The notes under the pieces: generated by a model | The model's input: the letters and a program-made list of their open reading frames with translations, nothing else | The model's database searches: none | Told to the model about the DNA's origin: nothing | Shown: piece after piece, positions 29,915-40,453 of the stretch | How positions within the stretch are numbered: the stretch's first letter is position 1 | Layout of the letters: each line of letters begins with the position of its first letter | Translations under genes and position numbers: made by a program | Source of the DNA: Candidatus Obscuribacterales bacterium | GTDB taxonomy: Bacteria > Cyanobacteriota > Vampirovibrionia > Obscuribacterales > Obscuribacteraceae | NCBI GenBank assembly: GCA_965228855.1 | Contig: CBDDIJ010000005.1 | Coordinates: forward strand, 1,216,001-1,280,000 | Length of the DNA: 64,000 nucleotides | Direction: 5' to 3'

Positions 29915-29920
29915 GTCTTC

Positions 29921-32900
29921 GTGCGCCCGCATGAGGAGCGAGATTGGAGCGGCCATCAACCGAAAGATGGAATCACCAATATGCCGACAAAAGACAAGCC
30001 GAAGCGTTCCGAAGTCCAGACTCCCGGACTTTACGCCACCCCCAAGCAGCGCTCAGTGAGCCCGAGCGCGGCTCGTCCGATGATCGAAGGACGAACAATG
30101 CCAGGCAACATTTATGTTCCAGGCAAAACCCCCTCTCCCAGAGCAGCGATTTCGGGAGTCTCGGACACGGCGATCGTTTTGAATACGACCGCAAATGCCC
30201 TGGATATTCCCGGCGGACAGGTCGACTTGCTCAACGGACAAGACAATTTGCTCGACGGGCAGGTCGACTTGCTCGAAGGCAAGCAGAACAAACCCGAGAT
30301 TCTGGCGGCGACTTCGCCGGGTTTTGCGAGCAACCGTTCCAGCGGTCCGGAGAGCATCACCGAAATGGCCCGTGCTCTCAAAAACGACGTTGATCTGATC
30401 TTCAACTTCGTCCACGACAACATCGAATTCATCCCGACTTTCGGCAGCCAGAAGGGCGCGCTGGGCACGCTCATCGACGGCTTCGGCAACGCCTTCGATC
30501 AGTCCGAATTGATGATCGCGCTCCTGCGCGAAAGTGGTGCCTATACGTGCAGCTTCCAGTTCGGCGAACTCCAGCTTACCGCAGCACAGGCCGCCGCATG
30601 GCTCGGTAACGACCCGGGCAGCATCTGGGCGGCATCGAACCTGCTGGGTAACCTCGGCGTCCCCAACGAGACGAGCTGGACCGGCACCGAATGGGTTCTG
30701 CGCCTCAGCCACTGCTGGGTGAAGGTTCTCATCGCCGGCACTTACTACCACTTCGACCCGGCGATGAAGGCCTACACGAAGATTGACGGCATCGACCTCG
30801 CCACGGCGATCGGTTACAACGCCACGACCTTCATGTCGAGTGCCACCAGCGGCGCCACCATCACCTCCAACTACGCCCAGAACCTGAATCGCACGAATGT
30901 GCGAAACAACCTGGCGACGATGGCGAACACGCTGGTCACCTACATCAATACGAACGCACCGACCGCGACGACCGACGATATCCTCGGCGGTCGCACCATC
31001 GACAAGCAGACCACCCAGCTGCGCCAGACCGCCCTGCCGTATCTGCGCCCAAGCACGACGCCGACCACCTGGACGGACATCCCGAACAGCTACAAGGCAA
31101 CACTCGGGGTGCTCTATGACACCATCAACGTGAGTTTCTACTCAAAGGACATCCACGGCAAGCGACTCACGCTGTTCTTCAACGCCTCGCATCAGGCTGA
31201 GCTGCGTCTCGATGGCACGCTGATCGCAACCAGCAGCGCTCAGACGCCGGGCAGCTGGAACTCAGTCCTGCTCTCGATAACGCATCCCTATCCCTACACG
31301 TGGTGGGACCAGAGCTTCTGGCAAACGGTTTGGGAAGGCAAGCCCTACCTGATCGCGCAAGCCTGGGGTAATGCCGGTCGCAACATGACCGAGATTCACC
31401 GCGAGAGACTCAACCAGGCGATCTACAACGGCTCGGCGTCCGACTCTGAAGTGGTGCTCGGCGAAGCTCTCTCCGTGCGCTGGCACACCTGGAACTCACA
31501 GAAGAGCTGGACGTGCGACGTCTTCAATCGCATGACCCAGTGCACGACGGTACTCCAGCACCAGGTCGGTATGGTCGGCTGGTACGACACTCCGATTATG
31601 GACCTCGGCGGCATCGAATGGTCGAGCGGCGCCCTCGATAACAACTACGATAACGTCAATACCAACGACACCGCGCTCGCCATGCACGGCATCGCCTTCG
31701 AAGCCGGCACCATCGAGCAGATCTGCGGCATCGGCGGCATCAGCTCAACGACGATCCTCGACAAGGCCGTCCAGGACGGCAAGAAGATCTACCACGGACG
31801 CAGCGACAACTGGTCCGCAAGCGTTCGACCGAACCTGACCAACTACGATAGCCAGACTCTCGATGACATCGAAAACTGGTACCTCAACTATGGTTGGAAG
31901 GTTGCGATTCCTGAGGACGGAAATGTCGCCGTTCAGGACTTCCGAGGTTTCGGCTACTACGCAATCAGTCCCTGGCAGGGCGCAATCGGCATCTTCAGCG
32001 GCTACCTGAAGGGCGGCATGGGCGCCGTCGGTCAAACCATCAACATTATGGTTCCGAAGACCGGTGGCGCCAGCGTCAATCCGAGCTCTGATACGCAGCC
32101 GCATTGCACCAACAACGTATCGGCCGACCCGATCGACATGTACCGCGGCGCGTACCTCTATCGCAATACCGATGTCACCGTAGGTAGTGGCAGCAATCCT
32201 TACAGCCTGAGCTTCGAGCGCTTCTACAACTCGGGCGCACGCCTGGCGAACGGTCCTCTGGGTCTGGGTTGGAACCACAACTGGAACCACAGCCTGGCGG
32301 TAAACAGCGACGGTCTGCTTGCCATGGCGAACGCCTCGCCCCTTGCCGGCGCCTCCGGTCTGGTGGCCATGTTCGTCACAGTCGACCTCTACCGCGACCT
32401 GAACAAGCCCATCGACAAGTGGGTAACGGTCGCTCTCACGAATCGCTGGTTGCTCGATCAATCGCGCGACAACACGGTCGTCGTCAGCACGCCCGGCGAC
32501 ACCCAGTTCTTCGTCAAGCGAGCCAACGGCTCCTACATCGCGCCTGCAGGCGAGCCGATTTCGCTCGTCAAAAACGTCGGCGGCGATTGGACCTACACCA
32601 ACTCGCATCAGGTGAAGACCAACTACGACTCTTCCGGGAAGATCACTTCGATGGTCTATCCGCAAGGTGTGACGCTCACCTTCACGTACACGAGCGGCAA
32701 GCTCACGAAGGTCGCGAACGGTTTGACCCGCGAGCTCAACTTCACCTACACCGGAAGCAAGCTCACGGGCGTGACGGCCGGGTCGAGTTCGGTTTCATTC
32801 GCGTACTCGGGCGACAACCTGGTCACTGCGACCGACCCGGACAGCAAGAACACCACCTACGTCTACGACATTCCCGGTCGCATGACGCAGATGTTCCGCC

Positions 32901-35764
32901 CGGCCAATCCTTCAAGCGCGATCATGACCAACGTCTACGATACGCTTGGACGCGTTCAGACGCAGACCGACGGGTCCGGCAACGTCTGGACTTACTACTT
33001 CGCAGGCTGGCGGTCGGAAGAGAAGAACCCGACGAATGCCAGTCGCGTTCAGTATTTCGACGGCGACGGTAACGTCACGATCGAAACAGACGCACTCGGC
33101 AACGACACAAAAATGTCGTACGACGGGCTTGGCAGGCTGATTGAGAAAACATTCGACGAAGGCAATCGTCGGTTGTTCACCTACGACGCCAACCACAACA
33201 TCCTGACGGTGACCGACAAACCGAAGCCCGGCTCGCTGGATCCGGACATCGTCAAAACGTACACGTACAACGCCACCTTCTCCAAGGTAGCAACGGAAAC
33301 CGACGGGCTCGGCAACGTCACGACTTACCAGTACAACGCCACGACCGGCACGCTCACCAAGAAGATTTTCCCGACGGTCGACGGCGTCGCCGCGGAGCTT
33401 AACTTCACCTACAACGCCCGCGGTCAGGTTTTGACCATCACGGACCAGACCGGCATGGTCACCGCGTTCGTCTACAGCGGCACAAACGAAACGCTCACCT
33501 CGGTGAAGAAAGACTCGGGCACGGGCAAGCTCAATCTGCTGACCCAGTTCGCGTATAGCACCGCCGGCGATGTCACAAGCATTACCGACCCGCGCGGATA
33601 TGCGACTTCGTTCACCTACGACAACGTGCGACGCCTCAAGCAGATTACGCCACCCTCGCCGTTCGCCGCGAACATCACGAAGTACACGTATGACGCCAAC
33701 GGCAACCGCACCAAGGTCGAGCGCTACGCGGGCGCCGGTCCGGTCTACCAGACGATTAACGCAAGCTACACGGTCGACAACCTGCTTGCCACTATGACCG
33801 ACCCGTCCAGCAACGTCACCACGATGACGTACAACAGCTTGCGTCAGCTCTGGAAACGAACCGACGCTCTGAGCCGCATCACGACCTTCACCTACGACCA
33901 GGTCGGCCGGCTCGCCACCGTCACGGACTCGTCCGGCACGCTGGCAGAAACGCGCTCCTACACGGCGAACGGTCTGCTCGCATCGCTGTTGGACCAGCGC
34001 AGCAAAACGACCACATTCGAATACGACGGCTTTGATCGGTTGAAGAAGCGCACGTTCGCGGACGCGACCTTCGAGTCGTTCACCCACGATAAGAACGGAA
34101 ACGTCCTGACCAAGGTCACTCGCAAGGGCGACACGATCACGAACACGTACGACGGTCTCAACCGTTTGCGCACCAAAGCGCCGGCGGGCATGGCGACTGT
34201 GACATATGCCTACGACCGCGCCAATCGACTCCTGAGCGCTCAAACGCCGGTGGTCTCGGGCGATCCGTCGACCGGCAAGATCGAGTTCACCTACGATGCT
34301 GCTGGACGGCGCCTGACCGAAAAGTATCCGGACGCGAAGACCGTCACCTACAAGCTCGATGCCAACGGCAACGTGACGAAGCTGACCTACCCGGGCGGAT
34401 ACTACGTCTCGCGTACGTACGACCAGCTCAACCGTTTGACGCAGATCAAACTGAACGGAGCGGGCAGTGCGGCTCTCACCTTCAGCTACGACGTGCTCGG
34501 TCGGCGAACCGCGCTCGGATACGGAAACGGAACCAGCACGACCTACACGTATTCGCTCGACGACATGCTGACCGCTCTGACGCAAACATTCTCCGGCTCC
34601 TCCGTCGCCTACTCCTATGGGTACGACGCAGCCCACGAACTGACCAGTCAGGGTGTCACCGACAGCAACTACATGCGTCATCCGTCCGGCGGTGGAACCG
34701 TCAACTATGGTACCGCCAATGATGTCAACGAATACCCGACGGTCGCAGGTGTCAGTCAGACCTACAATGCCAACGGCTGCCTCACCGGCGACGGCGTCTG
34801 GACTTTCGGCTACGACAACGAGAGCCACCTGACCTCCGCTGTCAAAACCGGCGTCAACGTCGCGTTCAGCTATGACGCCCTCGGTCGTCAGACCCAGAAG
34901 GATGTCGGCGGAACCAAGACGCGCTACATCTACAGCGGCTTCCAGCGCCTGGCCGAATACAACACCGCCGGGTCTCTGACCTCGCGATTTGTCTACGGCG
35001 ATGGCATGGACGAACCGTTGATTGTGTTGAACGCGAGCAACGTGATCACTGCTTACCTGCACCACGACAGCCTCGGCAGCATCGTCGCCACCTCCAACAC
35101 GAGCGGCACGGTGACCAACAAGAACAAATACATGCCGTGGGGCGAGGGCACCGTGTCCGGTACCACCTTCGGGTTTACCGGACAGCGCTATGACTCGGAA
35201 ACGGACTTGTACTACTTCAAGAACCGTTACTACTCGCCCGCGCTCGGCCGCTTCCTGCAGCCGGACCCGGTGTTGTACGACGACTCGCTGAACACGTATC
35301 AGTACGCACGCAACAACCCGCTCTCGCTGGCGGACCCCTATGGTCTGTCTGCTGAATCTATCAATTCAAGCGTAAACGTCGGCAGTTCGAGCGTGGTCGG
35401 TGCCATCGGAACCGGCGGCGCAACGGGTCTGTCGGGCAACACTTCAGTCGGCTCCGCCTCGCTGGGCTATGGCAACGCCGGCGGCTGCACCTGCGCCTGC
35501 GGCGACGGCGGTGGCTCCGGAGGTGGAAGCACCGACGGAAATAGCGTCGGCAACGGCAACACCGGCAATGGCACCAATGGCGGTGGCGCCAGCATCTACG
35601 GCAACTACGGGAATGGAAACGGCAACTCCGACGACGGCTCCGGCGACACCATCTACTTCGACGGACTCGACGTCTACAACCGGATCGCACCATGTGTTGG
35701 GAAATGCGTCCTAGAAGGGGGCAAACTGCAAGATTGTATTTTCATATGTTTCCATGGAGGATAG
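29921..35764 (+). CDS. Rhs/YD-repeat protein with N-terminal transglutaminase-like domain, DUF6531, Rhs core and short Cys-rich C-terminal cargo
   Basis: IFNFVHDNI..KGALGTL..GNAFDQ..HCWV..FDP; ADPIDMYRG..FERFYNS..GPLGLGWNH; many YD repeats; FTGQRYD..RYYSP..GRFLQPDP..YARNNP..DPYGL. True start is probably ATG 29981 or ATG 30098 (AAGGA RBS). Confidence 0.92.
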   Translation: MRPHEERDWSGHQPKDGITNMPTKDKPKRSEVQTPGLYATPKQRSVSPSAARPMIEGRTMPGNIYVPGKTPSPRAAISGVSDTAIVLNTTANALDIPGGQVDLLNGQDNLLDGQVDLLEGKQNKPEILAATSPGFASNRSSGPESITEMARALKNDVDLIFNFVHDNIEFIPTFGSQKGALGTLIDGFGNAFDQSELMIALLRESGAYTCSFQFGELQLTAAQAAAWLGNDPGSIWAASNLLGNLGVPNETSWTGTEWVLRLSHCWVKVLIAGTYYHFDPAMKAYTKIDGIDLATAIGYNATTFMSSATSGATITSNYAQNLNRTNVRNNLATMANTLVTYINTNAPTATTDDILGGRTIDKQTTQLRQTALPYLRPSTTPTTWTDIPNSYKATLGVLYDTINVSFYSKDIHGKRLTLFFNASHQAELRLDGTLIATSSAQTPGSWNSVLLSITHPYPYTWWDQSFWQTVWEGKPYLIAQAWGNAGRNMTEIHRERLNQAIYNGSASDSEVVLGEALSVRWHTWNSQKSWTCDVFNRMTQCTTVLQHQVGMVGWYDTPIMDLGGIEWSSGALDNNYDNVNTNDTALAMHGIAFEAGTIEQICGIGGISSTTILDKAVQDGKKIYHGRSDNWSASVRPNLTNYDSQTLDDIENWYLNYGWKVAIPEDGNVAVQDFRGFGYYAISPWQGAIGIFSGYLKGGMGAVGQTINIMVPKTGGASVNPSSDTQPHCTNNVSADPIDMYRGAYLYRNTDVTVGSGSNPYSLSFERFYNSGARLANGPLGLGWNHNWNHSLAVNSDGLLAMANASPLAGASGLVAMFVTVDLYRDLNKPIDKWVTVALTNRWLLDQSRDNTVVVSTPGDTQFFVKRANGSYIAPAGEPISLVKNVGGDWTYTNSHQVKTNYDSSGKITSMVYPQGVTLTFTYTSGKLTKVANGLTRELNFTYTGSKLTGVTAGSSSVSFAYSGDNLVTATDPDSKNTTYVYDIPGRMTQMFRPANPSSAIMTNVYDTLGRVQTQTDGSGNVWTYYFAGWRSEEKNPTNASRVQYFDGDGNVTIETDALGNDTKMSYDGLGRLIEKTFDEGNRRLFTYDANHNILTVTDKPKPGSLDPDIVKTYTYNATFSKVATETDGLGNVTTYQYNATTGTLTKKIFPTVDGVAAELNFTYNARGQVLTITDQTGMVTAFVYSGTNETLTSVKKDSGTGKLNLLTQFAYSTAGDVTSITDPRGYATSFTYDNVRRLKQITPPSPFAANITKYTYDANGNRTKVERYAGAGPVYQTINASYTVDNLLATMTDPSSNVTTMTYNSLRQLWKRTDALSRITTFTYDQVGRLATVTDSSGTLAETRSYTANGLLASLLDQRSKTTTFEYDGFDRLKKRTFADATFESFTHDKNGNVLTKVTRKGDTITNTYDGLNRLRTKAPAGMATVTYAYDRANRLLSAQTPVVSGDPSTGKIEFTYDAAGRRLTEKYPDAKTVTYKLDANGNVTKLTYPGGYYVSRTYDQLNRLTQIKLNGAGSAALTFSYDVLGRRTALGYGNGTSTTYTYSLDDMLTALTQTFSGSSVAYSYGYDAAHELTSQGVTDSNYMRHPSGGGTVNYGTANDVNEYPTVAGVSQTYNANGCLTGDGVWTFGYDNESHLTSAVKTGVNVAFSYDALGRQTQKDVGGTKTRYIYSGFQRLAEYNTAGSLTSRFVYGDGMDEPLIVLNASNVITAYLHHDSLGSIVATSNTSGTVTNKNKYMPWGEGTVSGTTFGFTGQRYDSETDLYYFKNRYYSPALGRFLQPDPVLYDDSLNTYQYARNNPLSLADPYGLSAESINSSVNVGSSSVVGAIGTGGATGLSGNTSVGSASLGYGNAGGCTCACGDGGGSGGGSTDGNSVGNGNTGNGTNGGGASIYGNYGNGNGNSDDGSGDTIYFDGLDVYNRIAPCVGKCVLEGGKLQDCIFICFHGG

Positions 35765-35826
35765 AGCAGACTCGGAGGTAATAAGCGGCGCCACAAATTC
35801 CGCTGCTTGAGGGGAAATTAGCCATT

Positions 35827-35857
35827 GGTAGGCGAGCAGAAGTGGTGCTCGCCTACC
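35827..35857 (+). terminator. Strong hairpin downstream of Rhs
   Basis: GGTAGGCGAGCA-gaagtgg-TGCTCGCCTACC perfect 12-bp stem, no long U tract. Confidence 0.55.
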
Positions 35858-35962
35858 CTCTCCACACGAAATCTGATTCAAATCTCCTAACTTGGTGTGT
35901 TGTGACAGTTAAGTACAGTGCGACTGGGTACAATAGCTACGTCACCACTCAAGTTGAAGAGC

Positions 35963-36685
35963 ATGGACGCGAAACAAATCATTGACGCGATGCGAGAAAA
36001 CTATCTTCGGTGCACATCCTACGAAGACCGCGGTTCGATCAGCAGTGTAAGTCGAACTCTCGCTAAAGACAAAGTACTCACCGGAAATTTCACAACCACT
36101 TTCATTCGTCCGAATTTACTCAAATTTGAGCTGAGCACAGATGAGGATGGACTGAAACGGCACTTCATACTTCAGGCTGATGGCGACTCGGTGCGGGCGT
36201 TCAAAGAGTATTCTCCAGAGGTGAAGCCTGTAAATACGACGGTGTTTGATTCTTTCAAAGGTGCGCTCCAAACCGTTGGCGGGATCACCGAAAACGTCAC
36301 CAACACAGTATTTTCGCTTCTGGGTGAAATCAATCCTAAATACTCCCTCTTAAATGCGAGCACACTGCAACGAGCCGATGATGAAATTATAGAGGCAGTT
36401 CCCTGTTATAAAATTGAGTTTGTTATAGACCCATTCGTCGCAAGCGAGGGAACTGCCTGGGTATCAATTGATTCATTCTCACTACGGAGATTAGAAGAGA
36501 GAACGGTTTACACGCAGGAGTTTAATGCCTTCGCGATAGAACAAACAAAACCTTTTCTTGAGGCAGAGGAAATATCCTTTAACGAAGAGGATCTGCACAT
36601 CAGCCTTACCCGCATCTTCAGTTTCGCAGAGGTCACTTTCAACAACAGCATTAGTATCGACAAAATTACAGACCGCAATTTCTGA
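35963..36685 (+). CDS. LolA/DUF2092-like fold protein, paralogue 1 (putative immunity)
   Basis: 240 aa. Family motifs Y..C.SYED.G, F.RP.L..F, LQ.DG.S, CY.I, AW.S, FNNSI. No signal peptide. Confidence 0.75.
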   Translation: MDAKQIIDAMRENYLRCTSYEDRGSISSVSRTLAKDKVLTGNFTTTFIRPNLLKFELSTDEDGLKRHFILQADGDSVRAFKEYSPEVKPVNTTVFDSFKGALQTVGGITENVTNTVFSLLGEINPKYSLLNASTLQRADDEIIEAVPCYKIEFVIDPFVASEGTAWVSIDSFSLRRLEERTVYTQEFNAFAIEQTKPFLEAEEISFNEEDLHISLTRIFSFAEVTFNNSISIDKITDRNF

Positions 36686-36764
36686 AGTGATCGACAATTC
36701 GAAATCGACCTGCACTAACCAACCTAGATTGAACGCATTATTTAAGAGGCACGAGACAAAACAG

Positions 36765-37490
36765 TTGGAAGCAAAAAATATTCTTGACGTAATGCTCGAA
36801 AATTACGTTCGCTGCTCTTCCTATGAGGATGTTGGGAATGTGGTTGACGTTGAAGAGACGACATTGGGCGAGAGAGTAACAACTGGTAAATTCCGCACTA
36901 CGTTTATTCGCCCTGACTTGCTGGCATTCAATTTGGAAAGTGAAAATACGTTTGGTAATCATCGATTTCTTTTGCAGTCTGATGGAGAATCAATTAGAGC
37001 AATGAACTCGAGAATTTCAACGGATGGTGAGCAGAAACTGGTTACACAGGCTTACCCGTCACTGCCAGAAGCACTTTATACACAAGCTGGCTCTACGTTA
37101 GGAATAACTTCTCTGACATTCGGCTTGCTCAACGTCATCAATATGCTCTACGACATCCGAAATGCGGAAAATATTGAGCGCTTAGATGATGAAGCGCTCG
37201 ATGGGATAAGCTGCTATCGTCTGGCGGCGCTTATAAATCCGTTCGTCCGATATGAATCAGACGCCTGGATTGCAACAGACACGTTTCACCTCGTTAGATA
37301 CGAGCTCCGAACCGTTTTGACGGAGGAATTTCGAGAGTCCATAAAAGCTCTTGAGAAGACCGTTTCGCAGGCAGAGGGTATCACGGACGATGGGGTCGAA
37401 GCAATTGGTCGAACCCAAACCACTCACTATGAACGAGTAGTTTTCAATAATAGCATCACGATCGATAGGATTGTCGACAATCATTTTTAG
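36765..37490 (+). CDS. LolA/DUF2092-like fold protein, paralogue 2
   Basis: Start set at TTG 36765 by alignment to paralogue 3 (same leader GAGGCA..GACAAAACA.TTG). 241 aa. Confidence 0.75.
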   Translation: MEAKNILDVMLENYVRCSSYEDVGNVVDVEETTLGERVTTGKFRTTFIRPDLLAFNLESENTFGNHRFLLQSDGESIRAMNSRISTDGEQKLVTQAYPSLPEALYTQAGSTLGITSLTFGLLNVINMLYDIRNAENIERLDDEALDGISCYRLAALINPFVRYESDAWIATDTFHLVRYELRTVLTEEFRESIKALEKTVSQAEGITDDGVEAIGRTQTTHYERVVFNNSITIDRIVDNHF

Positions 37491-37679
37491 AAGAAGAGAA
37501 ACGCCGCTCCCATTGCTATGACCTATAATCGAGACTATCATACCGTTCTTCATAGATCGCGCCTCAACCATCTAGCATCAAATATGGTGCCCACTCCCCC
37601 GCAGAAGCATTCAGCCTTAATCAATAGCGGAAGACGCAATTCACGAGCGTGCCACCAGGCATAGAGGCAGACAAAACAC

Positions 37680-38405
37680 TTGGAAGCAAAAAATATTCTT
37701 GACGCAACGCTTGAAAATTACGTTCGATGCAATTCTTATGAGGATGAAGGTCGAGTAGTTGAGGTGAGCAAAACAACTGCGAGCGAACGAGTTGTTAAAG
37801 GAGCGTTCTCGACCATCTTTATTCGTCCAGACCTAGCGCGCTTCGACCTACGATGTTCGACCGATCCCGGTCGACATAGCCTGATTCTTCAAGCTGATGG
37901 GGATTCGACGAGAGCGATGTATACCATTGAAAAATCTACCGCCGAAAGCACAACATCTACACAAGCCTATCCATCGCTTCGGGACGCACTTCTAACATAT
38001 GCCGGTTTCACTTCTGGAGTTACGCCAACCACATTCGGCCTGCTGAGCGAGATAAAGATGGCTTACGACATCAGGAATGCAAAAGACATCCACAGATTGC
38101 CAAACGAAACCGTCAGCGATATTGAATGCTACAGACTATCTGCGGTGATTGATCCAGAGATCCGATATGATGCAGACGCATGGATTTCGATTGACACTTT
38201 CTGCGTCGTAAAGTACGAAAAGAGGACGACGATGACAGAGAAAACTCGGGACGCCACGCGAAAGCTAGCGGAGCAATTCCGGAAGTCCGAGGAAATCCCA
38301 GACAATGGAGCAGAGTTCCTCTATTCTAGTGCAACAATTTGGTACGACCGAGTTGTTTTCAACAACAGCATAACAATCGACAAGATCATATCCAATCAGC
38401 TTTAA
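37680..38405 (+). CDS. LolA/DUF2092-like fold protein, paralogue 3
   Basis: 241 aa, same family motifs. Confidence 0.75.
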   Translation: MEAKNILDATLENYVRCNSYEDEGRVVEVSKTTASERVVKGAFSTIFIRPDLARFDLRCSTDPGRHSLILQADGDSTRAMYTIEKSTAESTTSTQAYPSLRDALLTYAGFTSGVTPTTFGLLSEIKMAYDIRNAKDIHRLPNETVSDIECYRLSAVIDPEIRYDADAWISIDTFCVVKYEKRTTMTEKTRDATRKLAEQFRKSEEIPDNGAEFLYSSATIWYDRVVFNNSITIDKIISNQL

Positions 38406-38433
38406 GCTCGAAGTTCCCAGCAGGATTACGAAG

Positions 38434-39168
38434 TTGAACGCAACGCAAATTATCGAGGCAGTTCGTGCCAATTATATTAAGTGCGCTTCTTACGAGGATA
38501 AGGGTACAATCAAGGTCACAAACAAAACCCGCATCAAAGAAAGCGTCACCAGGGGAACCTTCTCACATTTATTCGTTCGCCCCAACCTTCTTAAGTTTCA
38601 GCTAAACACGGAAGATGATGTACTTAAGCGGCGTTTTCAACTTCAGTCGGACGGAGATTCTGTTAGAGCAATTGAAGATTTTGAGCCAGATGGGATAAAG
38701 CCAACCAGAACTGAAGCATATAGCTCATTACACACGGCACTGAGAACGGTAGCCGGAGTTACGTTTGGAGTGACGAATGCAGTATTCTCACTTCTTGGAG
38801 AAGCAAATCCAAAATATTCTTTGGTCAACGCACTCGAGGTGCGAAGGGCAGAGGACGACACAATCAACAACCTGCCCAGCTATAAAATCGAATGCATGCT
38901 TGACCCGCTCGTATCAATCGAAGCAACAGCCTGGATTTCGATTGACACGTTCTCATTGCTGCAATATGAGCAACGTTCATCCTACACAGCGGAGTACCTG
39001 AGATTCGTTAAAGAACAGACTAAGATTTTTTTTGAAGCCGAGGGACTGCCAAGTTTAAGCGAGGAAAGCGAGTCTCTCAGCAGTGTTTACAAAATCAGAT
39101 TTGGTGAAGTCACGTTCAACAACAGTATCAACGTTGACAGAGTGCTAAACAACAGCCCTCTAGAATGA
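38434..39168 (+). CDS. LolA/DUF2092-like fold protein, paralogue 4
   Basis: 244 aa, same family motifs. Confidence 0.75.
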   Translation: MNATQIIEAVRANYIKCASYEDKGTIKVTNKTRIKESVTRGTFSHLFVRPNLLKFQLNTEDDVLKRRFQLQSDGDSVRAIEDFEPDGIKPTRTEAYSSLHTALRTVAGVTFGVTNAVFSLLGEANPKYSLVNALEVRRAEDDTINNLPSYKIECMLDPLVSIEATAWISIDTFSLLQYEQRSSYTAEYLRFVKEQTKIFFEAEGLPSLSEESESLSSVYKIRFGEVTFNNSINVDRVLNNSPLE

Positions 39169-39341
39169 GAATTTGACACACAAACTTAACGAGACTACTG
39201 AGGCGTTGTAGTTTCCGTACATCGTCGATTCAATGCGGTAAATTTGAGCTACTTTTGCAGCCGAAGAAGGTTGGCGAGCCATCGCCTTCCATTCTATAAA
39301 AACAGCTGTCGAGATTTGGAAGGAGACTTCAGGCTTCCTAA

Positions 39342-39370
39342 TTGACACTACCTACGGTGCTTACTATAAC
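39342..39370 (+). promoter_or_regulatory. Near-consensus sigma70 promoter inside the paralogue array
   Basis: TTGACA (39342-39347), 17-nt spacer, TATAAC (39365-39370). Confidence 0.65.
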
Positions 39371-39596
39371 GCAAAGTATAAGAGCTACGTATACATTCTA
39401 CGTAACCAATGAGACTGAACGTCTGAGCGAAACGTTTTATGACAGTTAGAAGAAGCCAGCAAGCCACAAACGTACCGAAATTTCGCAGACATTTTTACAC
39501 CGTCGAGTGTCGGCCATTTTTCATAGCTGCAAATCGGCCGCTGCGCCCGGGGTACAATATTTTCATCACCAGTTCTTTCAGTAAACAAAAGAGACC

Positions 39597-40313
39597 ATGG
39601 AAGCAAACCAGATAATTGATGCAATGCGAGCAAACTATATACATTGCTCGTCCTATGAAGACGTCGGCTCCGTGCGCATTGTTACTCAGACTCAAGCTTC
39701 GGAAAAATTACTCATTGGAAATTTTGCCCACGTTTTTTTACGACCAGATCTCTTAAAGTTGGAGCTTTTCACAAAGGAACAGGAAGTTGAACGACGATTC
39801 GTTATCCAATGCGATGGAGACTCCGTCCGTTCATTCGAGGAACATAGTACTCAGGGGACGAATACATTTGCATACGACTCGTTTGCATCGGCACTCAAGA
39901 CTACAGCCGGGATCACGGCCGGAGTTACTAATGTTGTGTTCTCGCTTCTCGGTGAAATCGATCACGGATATTCGATGTTAAATGCAAATCAAATGAAGAG
40001 AACTGATGACCAAGTCCTAGATGGACAAGTTTGTTTCACTATTGACTTTGTTATAGATCCCACAGTTTCAATTGAGGCAACGGCTTGGATATCCGCTGAC
40101 AACTTCTCACTGATGAAATTTGAACAGAGATCAAATTTCACTGCCTCCTACCGAGATTCCATACGAGAGTATGCCCGGATGTTTTACGAAGCCGAAGGAA
40201 TACCAATGAAGGACTCGGACGAGGCAATCACCAGAGAAATGATAATCAAGTTCGACAATATTACTTTCAACAACAGCATAAACGTCGATAAGCTGATAAG
40301 CCATGTCTTCTAG
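39597..40313 (+). CDS. LolA/DUF2092-like fold protein, paralogue 5
   Basis: 238 aa, same family motifs. Confidence 0.75.
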   Translation: MEANQIIDAMRANYIHCSSYEDVGSVRIVTQTQASEKLLIGNFAHVFLRPDLLKLELFTKEQEVERRFVIQCDGDSVRSFEEHSTQGTNTFAYDSFASALKTTAGITAGVTNVVFSLLGEIDHGYSMLNANQMKRTDDQVLDGQVCFTIDFVIDPTVSIEATAWISADNFSLMKFEQRSNFTASYRDSIREYARMFYEAEGIPMKDSDEAITREMIIKFDNITFNNSINVDKLISHVF

Positions 40314-40453
40314 CTACTTTCGCTTGCAACCAGCGCACATGCAGGGCCTAGCTGGAGTTGCCCAAGCGAGAACACCAGCGCGCGAGAAGGGAGGAAAACC
40401 AGGTCAAACGATACCTCTCTGCAAAGACTTTGACAAAGCGCTAACAGGTTCTG

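Noticed and set aside
32912..35065. 717-aa minus-strand ORF (and 31745-32665, 30053-30751) opposite the Rhs
   Set aside because: Antisense shadows caused by strong C-ending codon bias of the Rhs gene; no motifs.
37518..37664. 48-codon ORF between paralogues 2 and 3 as an orphan Rhs tip
   Set aside because: No RBS, no Rhs-core remnant and no CX3C pattern. No orphan CT modules were found in the spacers of the array.
39221..39280. IVDSMR*-like sequence resembling the start of an eighth, decayed paralogue
   Set aside because: Similarity is limited to about 6 codons, with stops immediately after; cannot be distinguished from chance by eye.
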